A stretch of 41,012 bases of DNA from positions 1-41,012 of the forward strand of contig JBFZAQ010000096.1 in the NCBI GenBank assembly GCA_041308885.1, read 5' to 3'. Position numbers and translations under genes: made by a program. This DNA comes from Candidatus Omnitrophota bacterium. Lineage in GTDB: Bacteria; Omnitrophota; Gorgyraeia; Gygaellales; Profunditerraquicolaceae. Below are positions 21,268-30,869 of the stretch, piece after piece (positions within the stretch are counted from its first letter, which is position 1; every line of letters starts with the position of its first letter). The notes beneath the pieces were generated by a model. It was not told the origin of the DNA. It ran no database searches and saw only the letters and a list, made by a program, of their open reading frames with translations.

Positions 21268-21327
21268 CCAATGACCAAATCCCAATTGGAAATTGGTTAT
21301 TGGGATTTCATTGGGATTTGGTCATTT
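21268..21327. repeat. NNNCCAA-heptamer palindromic element, copy 4 (short)
   Basis: Sequence ccaatgaccaaatcccaattggaaattggttattgggatttcattgggatttggtcattt. It contains the dxr stop codon. Confidence 0.9.
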
Positions 21328-22461
21328 ATCAATAATCTCTCTTGCCCGCTCCCTGGCCCAGGAATCCACAACCATAATCTTTCTCACATTCAAAACGCGC
21401 TCCGGTTTATGCCCCCGCATGACTTTTTCTACCACAGCCGGTATGCGCATAAATGCCAGCTTGCCGGCCAAGAACTCTTGCACGCATACATCGTTGGCGC
21501 CGTTCAGGACCGCCGGCAGACTACCTCCGATATTAATCGCCTCGTAAGCTAAACCCAAACAAGGAAATTTAGCCATATCCGGCTTATCAAAGGTTAAAGC
21601 CCCCAACTTGGAAAAATCCACTTGCGCAACATTAGTAGGCAGGCGCCTGGGGAAACTAAGGGCGTATTGAATCGGTACGCGCATATCCGTGGCCGAAAGC
21701 TGGGCTAAAATCACCCCGTCAACAAACTCGACCATAGAATGAATAATTGCTTCCGGATGAATGACCACGCTGATCACCGACGGCCTAACGGCGAATAAAT
21801 GCACGGCCTCGATCACCTCGAGGCCTTTATTCATAAGAGTCGCCGAATCTACGGTGATTTTCCGGCCCATCCGCCAGCGCGGGTGTGCCAAGACGTCCTG
21901 CGATGTTATCTTACTAAAACGCGACCTGGGCACAGAATGCAGCGGGCCACCGGACGCCGTAAGAAAAATCTTCTTTAAGGCGCCTCCGGAGCCATTGGCC
22001 TTAAGACATTGCCAGATCGCCGATTGTTCGCTGTCGATGGGGATAATCCCGACTTTCTTGGCAGCGCAGCGGCGCATAATAATGTCCCCGGCCATGACCA
22101 GCGCTTCCTTGTTCGCCAACAATACCTGCTTACCGGCGTCAATCGCCGCCAATAAAGGCGCTAACGCTGCGGATCCGCTTATAGCCACAAGCACACAATC
22201 CACATCGGGCCGCCGCGCGATCTCCTCCAACCCGGGCTCTCCGGCCACCACCTTAAGCCGCCGCCCTGCCGGCAACACCCCTACCGATTCTCCGACGCAG
22301 ATGACCCGCGCCGAAAATTCCCGGGCCTGGCGCAATAAAACCTCGGTCCGCAAATTCGCGCTCAGCGCGGTTACCGAAAATTCCCTCGGGAAACGCCTGA
22401 TAACATCTAAGGCATTCTGGCCTATTGATCCGGTGGAACCAAGAAGCGCTATGCGTTTCAT
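21322..22461 (-). CDS. dxr: 1-deoxy-D-xylulose 5-phosphate reductoisomerase
   Basis: LGSTGSIGQNALDV NADPH motif, Dxr-like over the full length. Confidence 0.93.
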   Translation of the reverse strand: MKRIALLGSTGSIGQNALDVIRRFPREFSVTALSANLRTEVLLRQAREFSARVICVGESVGVLPAGRRLKVVAGEPGLEEIARRPDVDCVLVAISGSAALAPLLAAIDAGKQVLLANKEALVMAGDIIMRRCAAKKVGIIPIDSEQSAIWQCLKANGSGGALKKIFLTASGGPLHSVPRSRFSKITSQDVLAHPRWRMGRKITVDSATLMNKGLEVIEAVHLFAVRPSVISVVIHPEAIIHSMVEFVDGVILAQLSATDMRVPIQYALSFPRRLPTNVAQVDFSKLGALTFDKPDMAKFPCLGLAYEAINIGGSLPAVLNGANDVCVQEFLAGKLAFMRIPAVVEKVMRGHKPERVLNVRKIMVVDSWARERAREIIDK

Positions 22462-22462
22462 T

Positions 22463-23257
22463 CTACCTAACTATAACGCTAAGATAAAAATAATAAACCG
22501 GAGCGGTGAATAATATGCTGTCGATGAGGTCAAGGATCCCGCCCATTCCCGGTACAAGATTACCGGAATCTTTCACCTGACAATCCCTCTTCATCAACGA
22601 CTCCGACAAATCACCCAACTGGCCTAATATTCCGCCGGTTAGCCCGATCGCCGCCAGATGCAAAAAAGAAAAATGGACCAACGGTTTAACCGCCAAGGCG
22701 GCCACAACGCTAAAGATGAGCCCGCCGACAGCGCCCTCGACTGATTTCTTAGGGCTGATCCGCGGCATAAGCGGGCGTTTACCGAAGCGGCTGCCGATCA
22801 AATACGCCCCGATATCCCCCATTTTGGTAATCAGGAGTATGCCGGCCAGGAGAAACACGCCGTTAGGCAGATTGCGAATCTTAATTACAAAACTAAAAAA
22901 CCAGGAAACATAAAGTATGCCAAAGAGGGTTGTCGAAATACCGACGATAACTCCCTGATTCTCCCGCCGGCGAAACTGCATAATGATCAAAACCAAAAGG
23001 GTCAAGACCATAAAAAATAATTCCCAGGTCTTCGTCGGCTCGAAACGAAAAAGAATTGAGGCCGGGATCACCACCCCGATAGCGATACCGACATATTTAT
23101 AGATCCGGATCTCTTTCTTCTCCAGCATAGTAAAGAACTCATACAGCCCGCCGATAACAAAGAACAAGACTGCCGCGGCAAACACCCAATCAAAGAATAA
23201 AGCGCAGATAATCCCGGTAATAATAATAATCGAGCTGCTAATCCGCTGTTTCAGCAT
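22463..23257 (-). CDS. cdsA: Phosphatidate cytidylyltransferase
   Basis: Polytopic membrane protein with the SPKKSVEG and KRD signature, in uppS-cdsA-dxr synteny. Confidence 0.88.
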   Translation of the reverse strand: MLKQRISSSIIIITGIICALFFDWVFAAAVLFFVIGGLYEFFTMLEKKEIRIYKYVGIAIGVVIPASILFRFEPTKTWELFFMVLTLLVLIIMQFRRRENQGVIVGISTTLFGILYVSWFFSFVIKIRNLPNGVFLLAGILLITKMGDIGAYLIGSRFGKRPLMPRISPKKSVEGAVGGLIFSVVAALAVKPLVHFSFLHLAAIGLTGGILGQLGDLSESLMKRDCQVKDSGNLVPGMGGILDLIDSILFTAPVYYFYLSVIVR

Positions 23258-23972
23258 GGTCGCTTATTTGGCCGTACCTGCGCTCGCGCGCCTGGTAGGC
23301 TTTAATAGCCTGGGCCAAGTCTTCGGTTTTGAATTCCGGCCAGTATTTTTTCAGAAAGTAGAATTCCGCGTAGGAAAGCTGCCAAAGCAGATAATTGCTT
23401 AAACGTTGCTCGCCGCTGGTGCGGATGAGGATATCCGGGTCGGGCAAACCCCGCGTATATAAATACCGGCTCATGCTTTGCTCATCCAGCGAGTTAAGCT
23501 GCGCGCGGTTAGCTTGCACATCCCGGGCAAAATCTTTAGCTGCGTCGATAATCTCCTGGCGGCCGCCATAATTAATCGCTAGCACCAAGGTTAAACCGGT
23601 ATTGGCCGCGGTTTTAGCTTGGGCCGCCTGCATTTTCGTTACTAAACGCTTAGGAATCGGGTCATCCCTGCCGATGATTAACAACCGAATATTACTTTCG
23701 TGCAATTGCCTTACTTCATAGTCCAGGAAATGATCCAGCGCCTTCATCAGCATCGCTATTTCTGTGCGCGGACGCTGCCAATTCTCATGCGAAAAGGCAA
23801 AAAGAGTAAGAACCTTAACTCCCATTTGTCCGGCAGCCCGGACAATTTCCCTGACCCGCTGAATACCTTCTCTGTGGCCAACCGCCCGGGGCAAATGGCG
23901 CTCCTTGGCCCAGCGGCCGTTGCCGTCCATGATGATGGCGATGTGCTGAGGAATATCTCGAGTAAAATTCAT
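23238..23972 (-). CDS. uppS: Ditrans,polycis-undecaprenyl-diphosphate synthase
   Basis: HIAIIMDGNGRWA and RTSGEQRLSNYLLWQ motifs. Confidence 0.93.
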   Translation of the reverse strand: MNFTRDIPQHIAIIMDGNGRWAKERHLPRAVGHREGIQRVREIVRAAGQMGVKVLTLFAFSHENWQRPRTEIAMLMKALDHFLDYEVRQLHESNIRLLIIGRDDPIPKRLVTKMQAAQAKTAANTGLTLVLAINYGGRQEIIDAAKDFARDVQANRAQLNSLDEQSMSRYLYTRGLPDPDILIRTSGEQRLSNYLLWQLSYAEFYFLKKYWPEFKTEDLAQAIKAYQARERRYGQISDHAETAD

Positions 23973-24043
23973 GTTAGGTTATAGGTTTTAGGTTGTGGGT
24001 TTTAGGTGCTGGCTAAAACCTAACACCTAACACCTAAAACCTA
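23973..24043. repeat. Locus-specific heptamer-built hairpin filling the whole GH57-stop to uppS-start gap
   Basis: Left arm ggtttta/ggttgtg/ggtttta heptamers, loop about gtgctgg, right arm ctaaaac/ctaacac/ctaacac/ctaaaac. Confidence 0.85.
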
Positions 24044-25618
24044 CTACTGATGCACCCGGTAATCTATCTCCGGAAAAATATTATCTTTATATTCAACCTC
24101 GGACAACCATTCTTCATCGATATTATTAGACTGAATCTCTTCGTAGAGGCGGTTAAAACTAAGGAGATGATCCTTGGTGCGCTTGACTGCGTAGCTAACG
24201 TGCGTGCCGGTTCCCATGATGAATGCCCAATCTGAACTCTGCGCTAATAACAATTCCCGCAAAGCCTGATTAAGGGCCCGACGCACTATGCCATTAGAAG
24301 ACTGGTGCTTCTTGGTTAATTCGGTCATTCTATCGGAGGCCGCGTGGAGATGGCGATATACCCAATCATTGGATGCCTGAAGCCACATCTCGCTATAGCC
24401 CTTCCACCCCCAACTGGACATCGAAGGAGCAACCACCTGGTTGCGCGGGTTTTGCTCTAAATATTCCGACGGAGTAATCAGACGGATGACCTTCTGGTCA
24501 TAATGGATCTTGCGAATCAAAAAATCCAGCCACATAACCCCCTCATACCACCAATGTCCATATAACTCGGTATCGTAGGGCGAAACAATAATCGGCTTCT
24601 TCTTCATAAATTCATGCAGATATTCTACCTGAAGCTGGCGGTTAAAGAGAAAATTTCCGGCGTGCTGCGCGGCTTTTTCCCGGGCCAGATTCGGGTCATA
24701 TGCCTGCTTATTCTCATCTCCCGAAATACGATAATATTTTATCCCCGTATTAATCCGTATTCCGTCGGGGTGAATATAAGGCTTAATATATTCAAAATCC
24801 AGGTCAAAACCGATATCCCGGTAAAATTCCCGATAACAATAGTCTCCGGGATATCCTTCTACCGAAGACCAGACTTGTTTGGAAGATTCCAGATCCCGGC
24901 TAAAACAGGCCACCCCGGACTTGCAATACGCCGGCGCGAATACCCCGTATTTCGGCCTGGGAGTTCCGTGGAGCAGGCCGTGGGAATCGGTAAGAAAATA
25001 TTTTATCCCGGCCTCCTTAATTATTTCATCGTCTCCCGGATTATACCCGCATTCCGGAAGCCAAATACCCCGCGCCTTGCGGCCGAAGGTTTTTTCGTAG
25101 TGGCCGGCCGCTACCTGCACCTGCGCTCTCACCGACGGCTTAATCGCGCCCATCAAAGGAAAATAGCCATGGGTAGCCCCGCAAGTGATAATCTCCAGCT
25201 TGCCCTCATCCTGAAAATACCGGAAGGCCCGGGTCAAATCCCGATGATACCGCTCAAAGGTATTGCGGACATCATAAAATTTAACCAGGTACATGTTCGC
25301 CAAATTATGGAATTCCGGCTGCCAGCGGGTACGCTCGACCTCTTTATGACCAAGCTCAATCAATTTATTAATATGTTTTAAGTAACGCTCCTGCAAAAGC
25401 GGATCCTGCAACATCGAAATCAAAGTAGGAGTCAAAGACATAGTTATGCGAAAATCGACCTTATCGCGCACAAGCCCGTCAAAAACATGAATCAAGGGTA
25501 CGTAAGTTTCGGTAATCGCTTCATACAACCAATCTTCCTCGAGGAAATCGTCGCATTCGGGATGCCGGACATACGGCAGATGACTATGAAGCACTAAGCA
25601 CAAATATCCCCTGTACAT
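24044..25618 (-). CDS. Glycoside hydrolase family 57 protein, probable 1,4-alpha-glucan branching enzyme
   Basis: N-terminal LVLHSHLPYVRHPE and overall resemblance to GH57 branching enzymes of about 520 aa. Confidence 0.75.
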   Translation of the reverse strand: MYRGYLCLVLHSHLPYVRHPECDDFLEEDWLYEAITETYVPLIHVFDGLVRDKVDFRITMSLTPTLISMLQDPLLQERYLKHINKLIELGHKEVERTRWQPEFHNLANMYLVKFYDVRNTFERYHRDLTRAFRYFQDEGKLEIITCGATHGYFPLMGAIKPSVRAQVQVAAGHYEKTFGRKARGIWLPECGYNPGDDEIIKEAGIKYFLTDSHGLLHGTPRPKYGVFAPAYCKSGVACFSRDLESSKQVWSSVEGYPGDYCYREFYRDIGFDLDFEYIKPYIHPDGIRINTGIKYYRISGDENKQAYDPNLAREKAAQHAGNFLFNRQLQVEYLHEFMKKKPIIVSPYDTELYGHWWYEGVMWLDFLIRKIHYDQKVIRLITPSEYLEQNPRNQVVAPSMSSWGWKGYSEMWLQASNDWVYRHLHAASDRMTELTKKHQSSNGIVRRALNQALRELLLAQSSDWAFIMGTGTHVSYAVKRTKDHLLSFNRLYEEIQSNNIDEEWLSEVEYKDNIFPEIDYRVHQ

Positions 25619-25657
25619 ATTTTTGTCTCCCTTATCGGTTATGATGCCAAGTTTTAG

Positions 25658-26683
25658 TTACCGGGTTTCTCTGGTAACGATAGGAGTAACGGTGATTTCA
25701 TCAACCTCGTCAGCCGATACCCCCTTGACAGGTATGACCTGTTTGCCGTCGGGAAGCGCAAAACGCAGGCTAAATGTTCCGTCGGGACGCAAACGGATAG
25801 GCCGGCCCTGCACCGTAACTTTGGCGTCAGGCTCGGTAGCGCCGTAAACAATCAATTCAGTATTGACGATAAGCCAAAATTTCCGGTCTTTAGGAAAACG
25901 CTTCTTAGTCGGGCTCCCGACGGAAGTGATACCCGGAGAGGCCAGGACTCCCGAGAAAAGCTCCCTCTTCATCCGCTCCTGCCAGGCCTTGCCCACCGGC
26001 GAGCTCTTGCCGAATCCGAATCCCATCCCATAGAGGCGGGCAAACATCTCCTCGGGTATCATCCACTCCTCATCGGTAATCCAAGACGGGCCGTCAATCG
26101 GAGTAGTCACGGTATTAGACCGCACGATAGTAATAAATCTTCCGTCAGATAAAAGGAGCCCGAAATCCACACACCAGGATCTGCCCGGGCCTCCGGTATC
26201 GATATACCAATTAAGCGAATCATGATGCACGAACACATCAAAGAACCGATTAGCGTTGGAGCCGTTAAAAATAATATTGCTTACGTCGTATACGCGTAAG
26301 ACCCGCCTGGCGCTGTGCAAGTGTTCACCGAGATCATTGCGCAGCTTATCATAGGTCTCTCGAGTAACTTCCCAAAAAGTGTACAGCCACCAAGGATCAC
26401 GCGCGATAAGCACGATGCCGTCTTTGCCGTACGCGTTACTTAACTCCTGGGGCATTTGCCGCCTCGCCTTCACCGGAGCCGAAGTATAATACTTCATGTT
26501 CTCAATCGCCAGCTCCTGCGCCCCAAACACAGGCGCAGGCGCAGCCGCCGGAACTCCGGCCTTCGGTAACCGAGCTGCCTTAACCCTGGTCTTTAACAGC
26601 CTAACCGGCTTTCTGGCAACGCTTTGCTTTTTCGCCCGAATAATACTTTTGACCCTATTCTTAATATTCCGTATGGCAGCCAT
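25658..26683 (-). CDS. DUF4912-like protein (commonly partnered with GH57 enzymes)
   Basis: RDPWWLYTFWEV motif and basic N-terminus. The start is re-called to ATG 26683, because the track's MRRRGR prefix is the AGGAGGAGGGGG Shine-Dalgarno read as codons from a TTG. Confidence 0.55.
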   Translation of the reverse strand: MAAIRNIKNRVKSIIRAKKQSVARKPVRLLKTRVKAARLPKAGVPAAAPAPVFGAQELAIENMKYYTSAPVKARRQMPQELSNAYGKDGIVLIARDPWWLYTFWEVTRETYDKLRNDLGEHLHSARRVLRVYDVSNIIFNGSNANRFFDVFVHHDSLNWYIDTGGPGRSWCVDFGLLLSDGRFITIVRSNTVTTPIDGPSWITDEEWMIPEEMFARLYGMGFGFGKSSPVGKAWQERMKRELFSGVLASPGITSVGSPTKKRFPKDRKFWLIVNTELIVYGATEPDAKVTVQGRPIRLRPDGTFSLRFALPDGKQVIPVKGVSADEVDEITVTPIVTRETR

Positions 26684-26728
26684 ACGCCCCCTCCTCCTCA
26701 ACGATACAGTTCTAATACAACGCAGGAT

Positions 26729-26750
26729 AAAAAAAGGGGATATAATCCCC
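26729..26750 (-). terminator. Rho-independent terminator after the coiled-coil lipoprotein gene
   Basis: Minus strand ggggat-tat-atcccc followed by seven T, 26 nt after the stop at 26776. Confidence 0.55.
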
Positions 26751-26775
26751 TGGCCTTCATTTTAGCCTTGTCCTC

Positions 26776-27168
26776 CTACTTCGTAATAACGCTATCAGCC
26801 GGTTTAACCGCTAACGCTTCCTTCAAATCTGCCTCGAGTTTCTCAATACGCTTACTCAGCTTCTCAATCTCTTCCTTAAGGCTCTGGTTAATCAATTCTT
26901 CTTGAGAAAGCGCCTTAGCCGCCTTATCGGTCTGGGTTACTTTTTCTTCCAGGGCGACTGTCAATTTCTTATTCTTTTCTTCCAGTACAGCCTTGTCTCT
27001 AACCAGCTTACTGGCCTGCTCTTCAAAGTCCAAGCGTTTCTCCATCTCCTGCCGATGCCTGCCCAGCTGCCGCCGGACCTGACTGCACGAAGTTACGGTA
27101 GTCACTAAAAATAAAACGGTTGAAATTGATAAGATCAAGATGAGTCTGGTCTTAGAATCGCCTTCCAT
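26776..27168 (-). CDS. Coiled-coil lipoprotein, unknown function
   Basis: Signal peptide ending VTSC (lipobox-like), then heptad-rich E/K/L sequence. AAGGAGG RBS. Confidence 0.6.
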   Translation of the reverse strand: MEGDSKTRLILILSISTVLFLVTTVTSCSQVRRQLGRHRQEMEKRLDFEEQASKLVRDKAVLEEKNKKLTVALEEKVTQTDKAAKALSQEELINQSLKEEIEKLSKRIEKLEADLKEALAVKPADSVITK

Positions 27169-27198
27169 CTACCAACCTCCTTAGCAATGAACAACCCG

Positions 27199-27867
27199 CT
27201 ACTTTAGATTTTCCCGAGGCTCAGACATCAACTCCTCGTCAACAATCTCCGGGGATGACGGCCGGCCTTTGACTTTTATGACATTGGGGACAATTACGAT
27301 TTCCACCCGCCGATTCAGCGCACGGCCGTCTGCAGTATCATTTAAGGCTACCGGATGGTACTCGCCATAACCCAACACCGACATGCGCTTAGGCGCAACA
27401 TTATGATCATCCACTAAATAATGCAAGACGCTTTGGGCCCGAGCGGTAGAAAGCTCCCAGTTTGATTTCCAGGTGGAAAAACGAATCGGCTGGTTATCGG
27501 TGTGGCCTTCTATGCCAACATTTAAATCGGGGACATTTTCATTGAGGACTCGGGCAACTTTAGCCAGCGAATCCTTGGCCTCAGGTTTAATCTTAGACTT
27601 GCCCGAATCAAATAGAACATCGGAAACAAAGGTAATAACCAGGCCTTTCTCCATCATCTCCAATTTAACCTGTTTATCATCAATTTCCTTAACTAGCCTG
27701 TCCTCAAGGAGCTTTTTAGCTTGAGCAAGCTCATCCAACTGCTGCGAAAGTTCCTGTATTTTATCCGCGTCAGAACGCCTACCCCCCTGAAAGATCACGG
27801 TGCACCCCGACAAATAAATACCTGCCAATAAAATCACTGCCCAACAGCTCGCTCTACTCGTAAGCAT
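27199..27867 (-). CDS. OmpA/MotB-family peptidoglycan-binding lipoprotein with N-terminal coiled coil
   Basis: EGHTDNQPI...NWELSTARA...NRRVEIV OmpA-like domain. The start is re-called to ATG 27867 (GAAGGAG RBS, MLTSRASCWAVILLAGIYLSGC lipobox); the track start is an upstream GTG. Confidence 0.8.
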   Translation of the reverse strand: MLTSRASCWAVILLAGIYLSGCTVIFQGGRRSDADKIQELSQQLDELAQAKKLLEDRLVKEIDDKQVKLEMMEKGLVITFVSDVLFDSGKSKIKPEAKDSLAKVARVLNENVPDLNVGIEGHTDNQPIRFSTWKSNWELSTARAQSVLHYLVDDHNVAPKRMSVLGYGEYHPVALNDTADGRALNRRVEIVIVPNVIKVKGRPSSPEIVDEELMSEPRENLK

Positions 27868-28030
27868 ACTTCGCTCCTTCACGCAAGTAAATACCGGTCT
27901 ATCCGATAAGGCCGGATGTGATAACCGAAACACTTGACCATCCGATAAATTAGAGGGTTAAACACAAGCTTATCCCAAACTATCCGCTAAGTTTAGAGAC
28001 AAGCAAATCCTTGATTCCATCTGAATGGTA

Positions 28031-28059
28031 ACTATAACACAGCCAATGGGTTTAGTCAA
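28031..28059 (-). promoter_or_regulatory. Candidate sigma70 promoter for the OmpA-like / coiled-coil pair
   Basis: Minus strand TTGACT (28059-28054), 17-nt spacer, TATAGT (28036-28031), lying between the purA stop and the OmpA-like start. Confidence 0.5.
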
Positions 28060-28080
28060 GCGAAATGAAGCTAAGATAAC

Positions 28081-29500
<1,420 letters not shown>

Positions 29501-29504
29501 TTTT

Positions 29505-30740
29505 TTATGGGTTCATCGTAAAAATCTTCTCCGCCACATCCGGATAGGTAGCGATAAAACGCAGTTCTTCATCGACTAAAGGCTTCTGATTATGCACATT
29601 GGCATAACGCACTAATTCCAGAATTCGGGCAGCCTCTTCGTCGTCTTTAAAAGGGACTTCCAGCTTTTCGTAGACATTGCGAAAACCCTTGATCCCGGAA
29701 TATTCTCCCGCCGTGATCTTGCGGCCGGTCTCGATTATTTCCGGCTCGCCTCTTCCCAATTCTTCATAGTCATACAGCTCGTAATTACGCCTGTCTTTCA
29801 GCGCTCCGTCGGCATGGATGCCGGATTCATGGGCGAAAGCGTTGGAGCCGATACCGGGTTGATTAATCGGTATGGGAACACCGAAAGCATACGAAGCATA
29901 CTTGCACAACTTCCAGGAAGCCTTTAATTTGATCCGCTCGTCCAGATAATAATCCTGCATATTGCTGGCGTACTTAATAGCCAGAATCACCGAAACTAAA
30001 TCGGCGTTTCCGGCCCGCTCGCCCATGCCGTTGACACAAGTGTTAATATAGGCATCAAACCCGGCGTCATTGGCGGCCTTGGCTCCGGCAATCGAATTAG
30101 CCACCACCATGCCTAGATCATTATGGCAATGCACCTCGATAGGCAGGCCAACCTCTTCAGCGAGCATCTTAATCCGCTCATAAATACTGAACGGCGAATC
30201 GCAACCCAGCGTATCGCAATAACGAAAACGGTGGGCGCCGGCTTTTTTTGCCTGCCGGGCGAACTCGATCAAATACTCCATGCGCGTGCGCGAAGCATCC
30301 TCGGCATTTACGCCGATTGACTGGGCCCCGGATTTAAGCGCTTCATGCACCCCTTCAGTCATCTCTTTAATCACCGAATCATGATCCAGTTTGCCTTTAA
30401 ACTTATGCATAATCATCTGGTCTGAAGTTGACATTGACATATTCAGATGCTCCAACCCCGGAACGAACCTAAAGGCGTTCTTGACATCTTCTTTGGTCGC
30501 CCGGATCCATCCGCCAAGGCGCATAGGTGAAATAGCCTTAACTTTGGCTAACTCCAGATTGGCATTTAAATAATTAGTTTCGTGGCGGGTAACCGGAAAC
30601 CCGAACTCCGACTGATATATGCCCATTTCATTGAGCAGCACATTCAGCATGGTCTTCTCAAGCTTAGACAGGCAGATGCGCGAAGTTTGCACCCCGTCGC
30701 GGTTAGTGACGTCGATTAGATAAATCTTGGGCTTACTCAT
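29505..30740 (-). CDS. HMGL-like (DRE-TIM) acyl-CoA:2-oxoacid condensing enzyme: homocitrate / isopropylmalate / citramalate synthase family, short form
   Basis: IDVTNRDGVQT, HCHNDLGM and HESGIH motifs. The start is re-called to ATG 30740 (GAGGAG RBS); the track's first 27 codons translate the repeat. Confidence 0.75.
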   Translation of the reverse strand: MSKPKIYLIDVTNRDGVQTSRICLSKLEKTMLNVLLNEMGIYQSEFGFPVTRHETNYLNANLELAKVKAISPMRLGGWIRATKEDVKNAFRFVPGLEHLNMSMSTSDQMIMHKFKGKLDHDSVIKEMTEGVHEALKSGAQSIGVNAEDASRTRMEYLIEFARQAKKAGAHRFRYCDTLGCDSPFSIYERIKMLAEEVGLPIEVHCHNDLGMVVANSIAGAKAANDAGFDAYINTCVNGMGERAGNADLVSVILAIKYASNMQDYYLDERIKLKASWKLCKYASYAFGVPIPINQPGIGSNAFAHESGIHADGALKDRRNYELYDYEELGRGEPEIIETGRKITAGEYSGIKGFRNVYEKLEVPFKDDEEAARILELVRYANVHNQKPLVDEELRFIATYPDVAEKIFTMNP

Positions 30741-30757
30741 AAAACACTCCTCTGTAT

Positions 30758-30869
30758 GAATGACCAATGACCAAATCCCAAATCCCAATGAATTACCAAT
30801 AACCAAATCCCAATTAGACATTGGTCATTGGGGTTTCATTGGGATTTGGTCATTGGGGTTTGGTCATTT
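30758..30869. repeat. NNNCCAA-heptamer palindromic element, copy 5
   Basis: Sequence gaatgaccaatgaccaaatcccaaatcccaatgaat...ttcattgggatttggtcattggggtttggtcattt. It contains the stop codon of the 596-aa gene. Confidence 0.9.

Noticed and set aside
21761-22513. 250-aa plus-strand ORF
   Set aside because: It lies entirely antisense to dxr and the end of cdsA. It has Arg/Ala/Ser/Pro-rich low-complexity composition typical of shadow frames, with no RBS and no recognisable motif.
24614-25381. 255-aa plus-strand ORF
   Set aside because: It is antisense to the well-supported GH57 gene, and its composition and lack of motifs indicate a shadow ORF. The same reasoning applies to the other plus-strand track ORFs inside minus-strand genes, for example 28822-29373, 15324-15743, 5361-5717 and 40259-40645.
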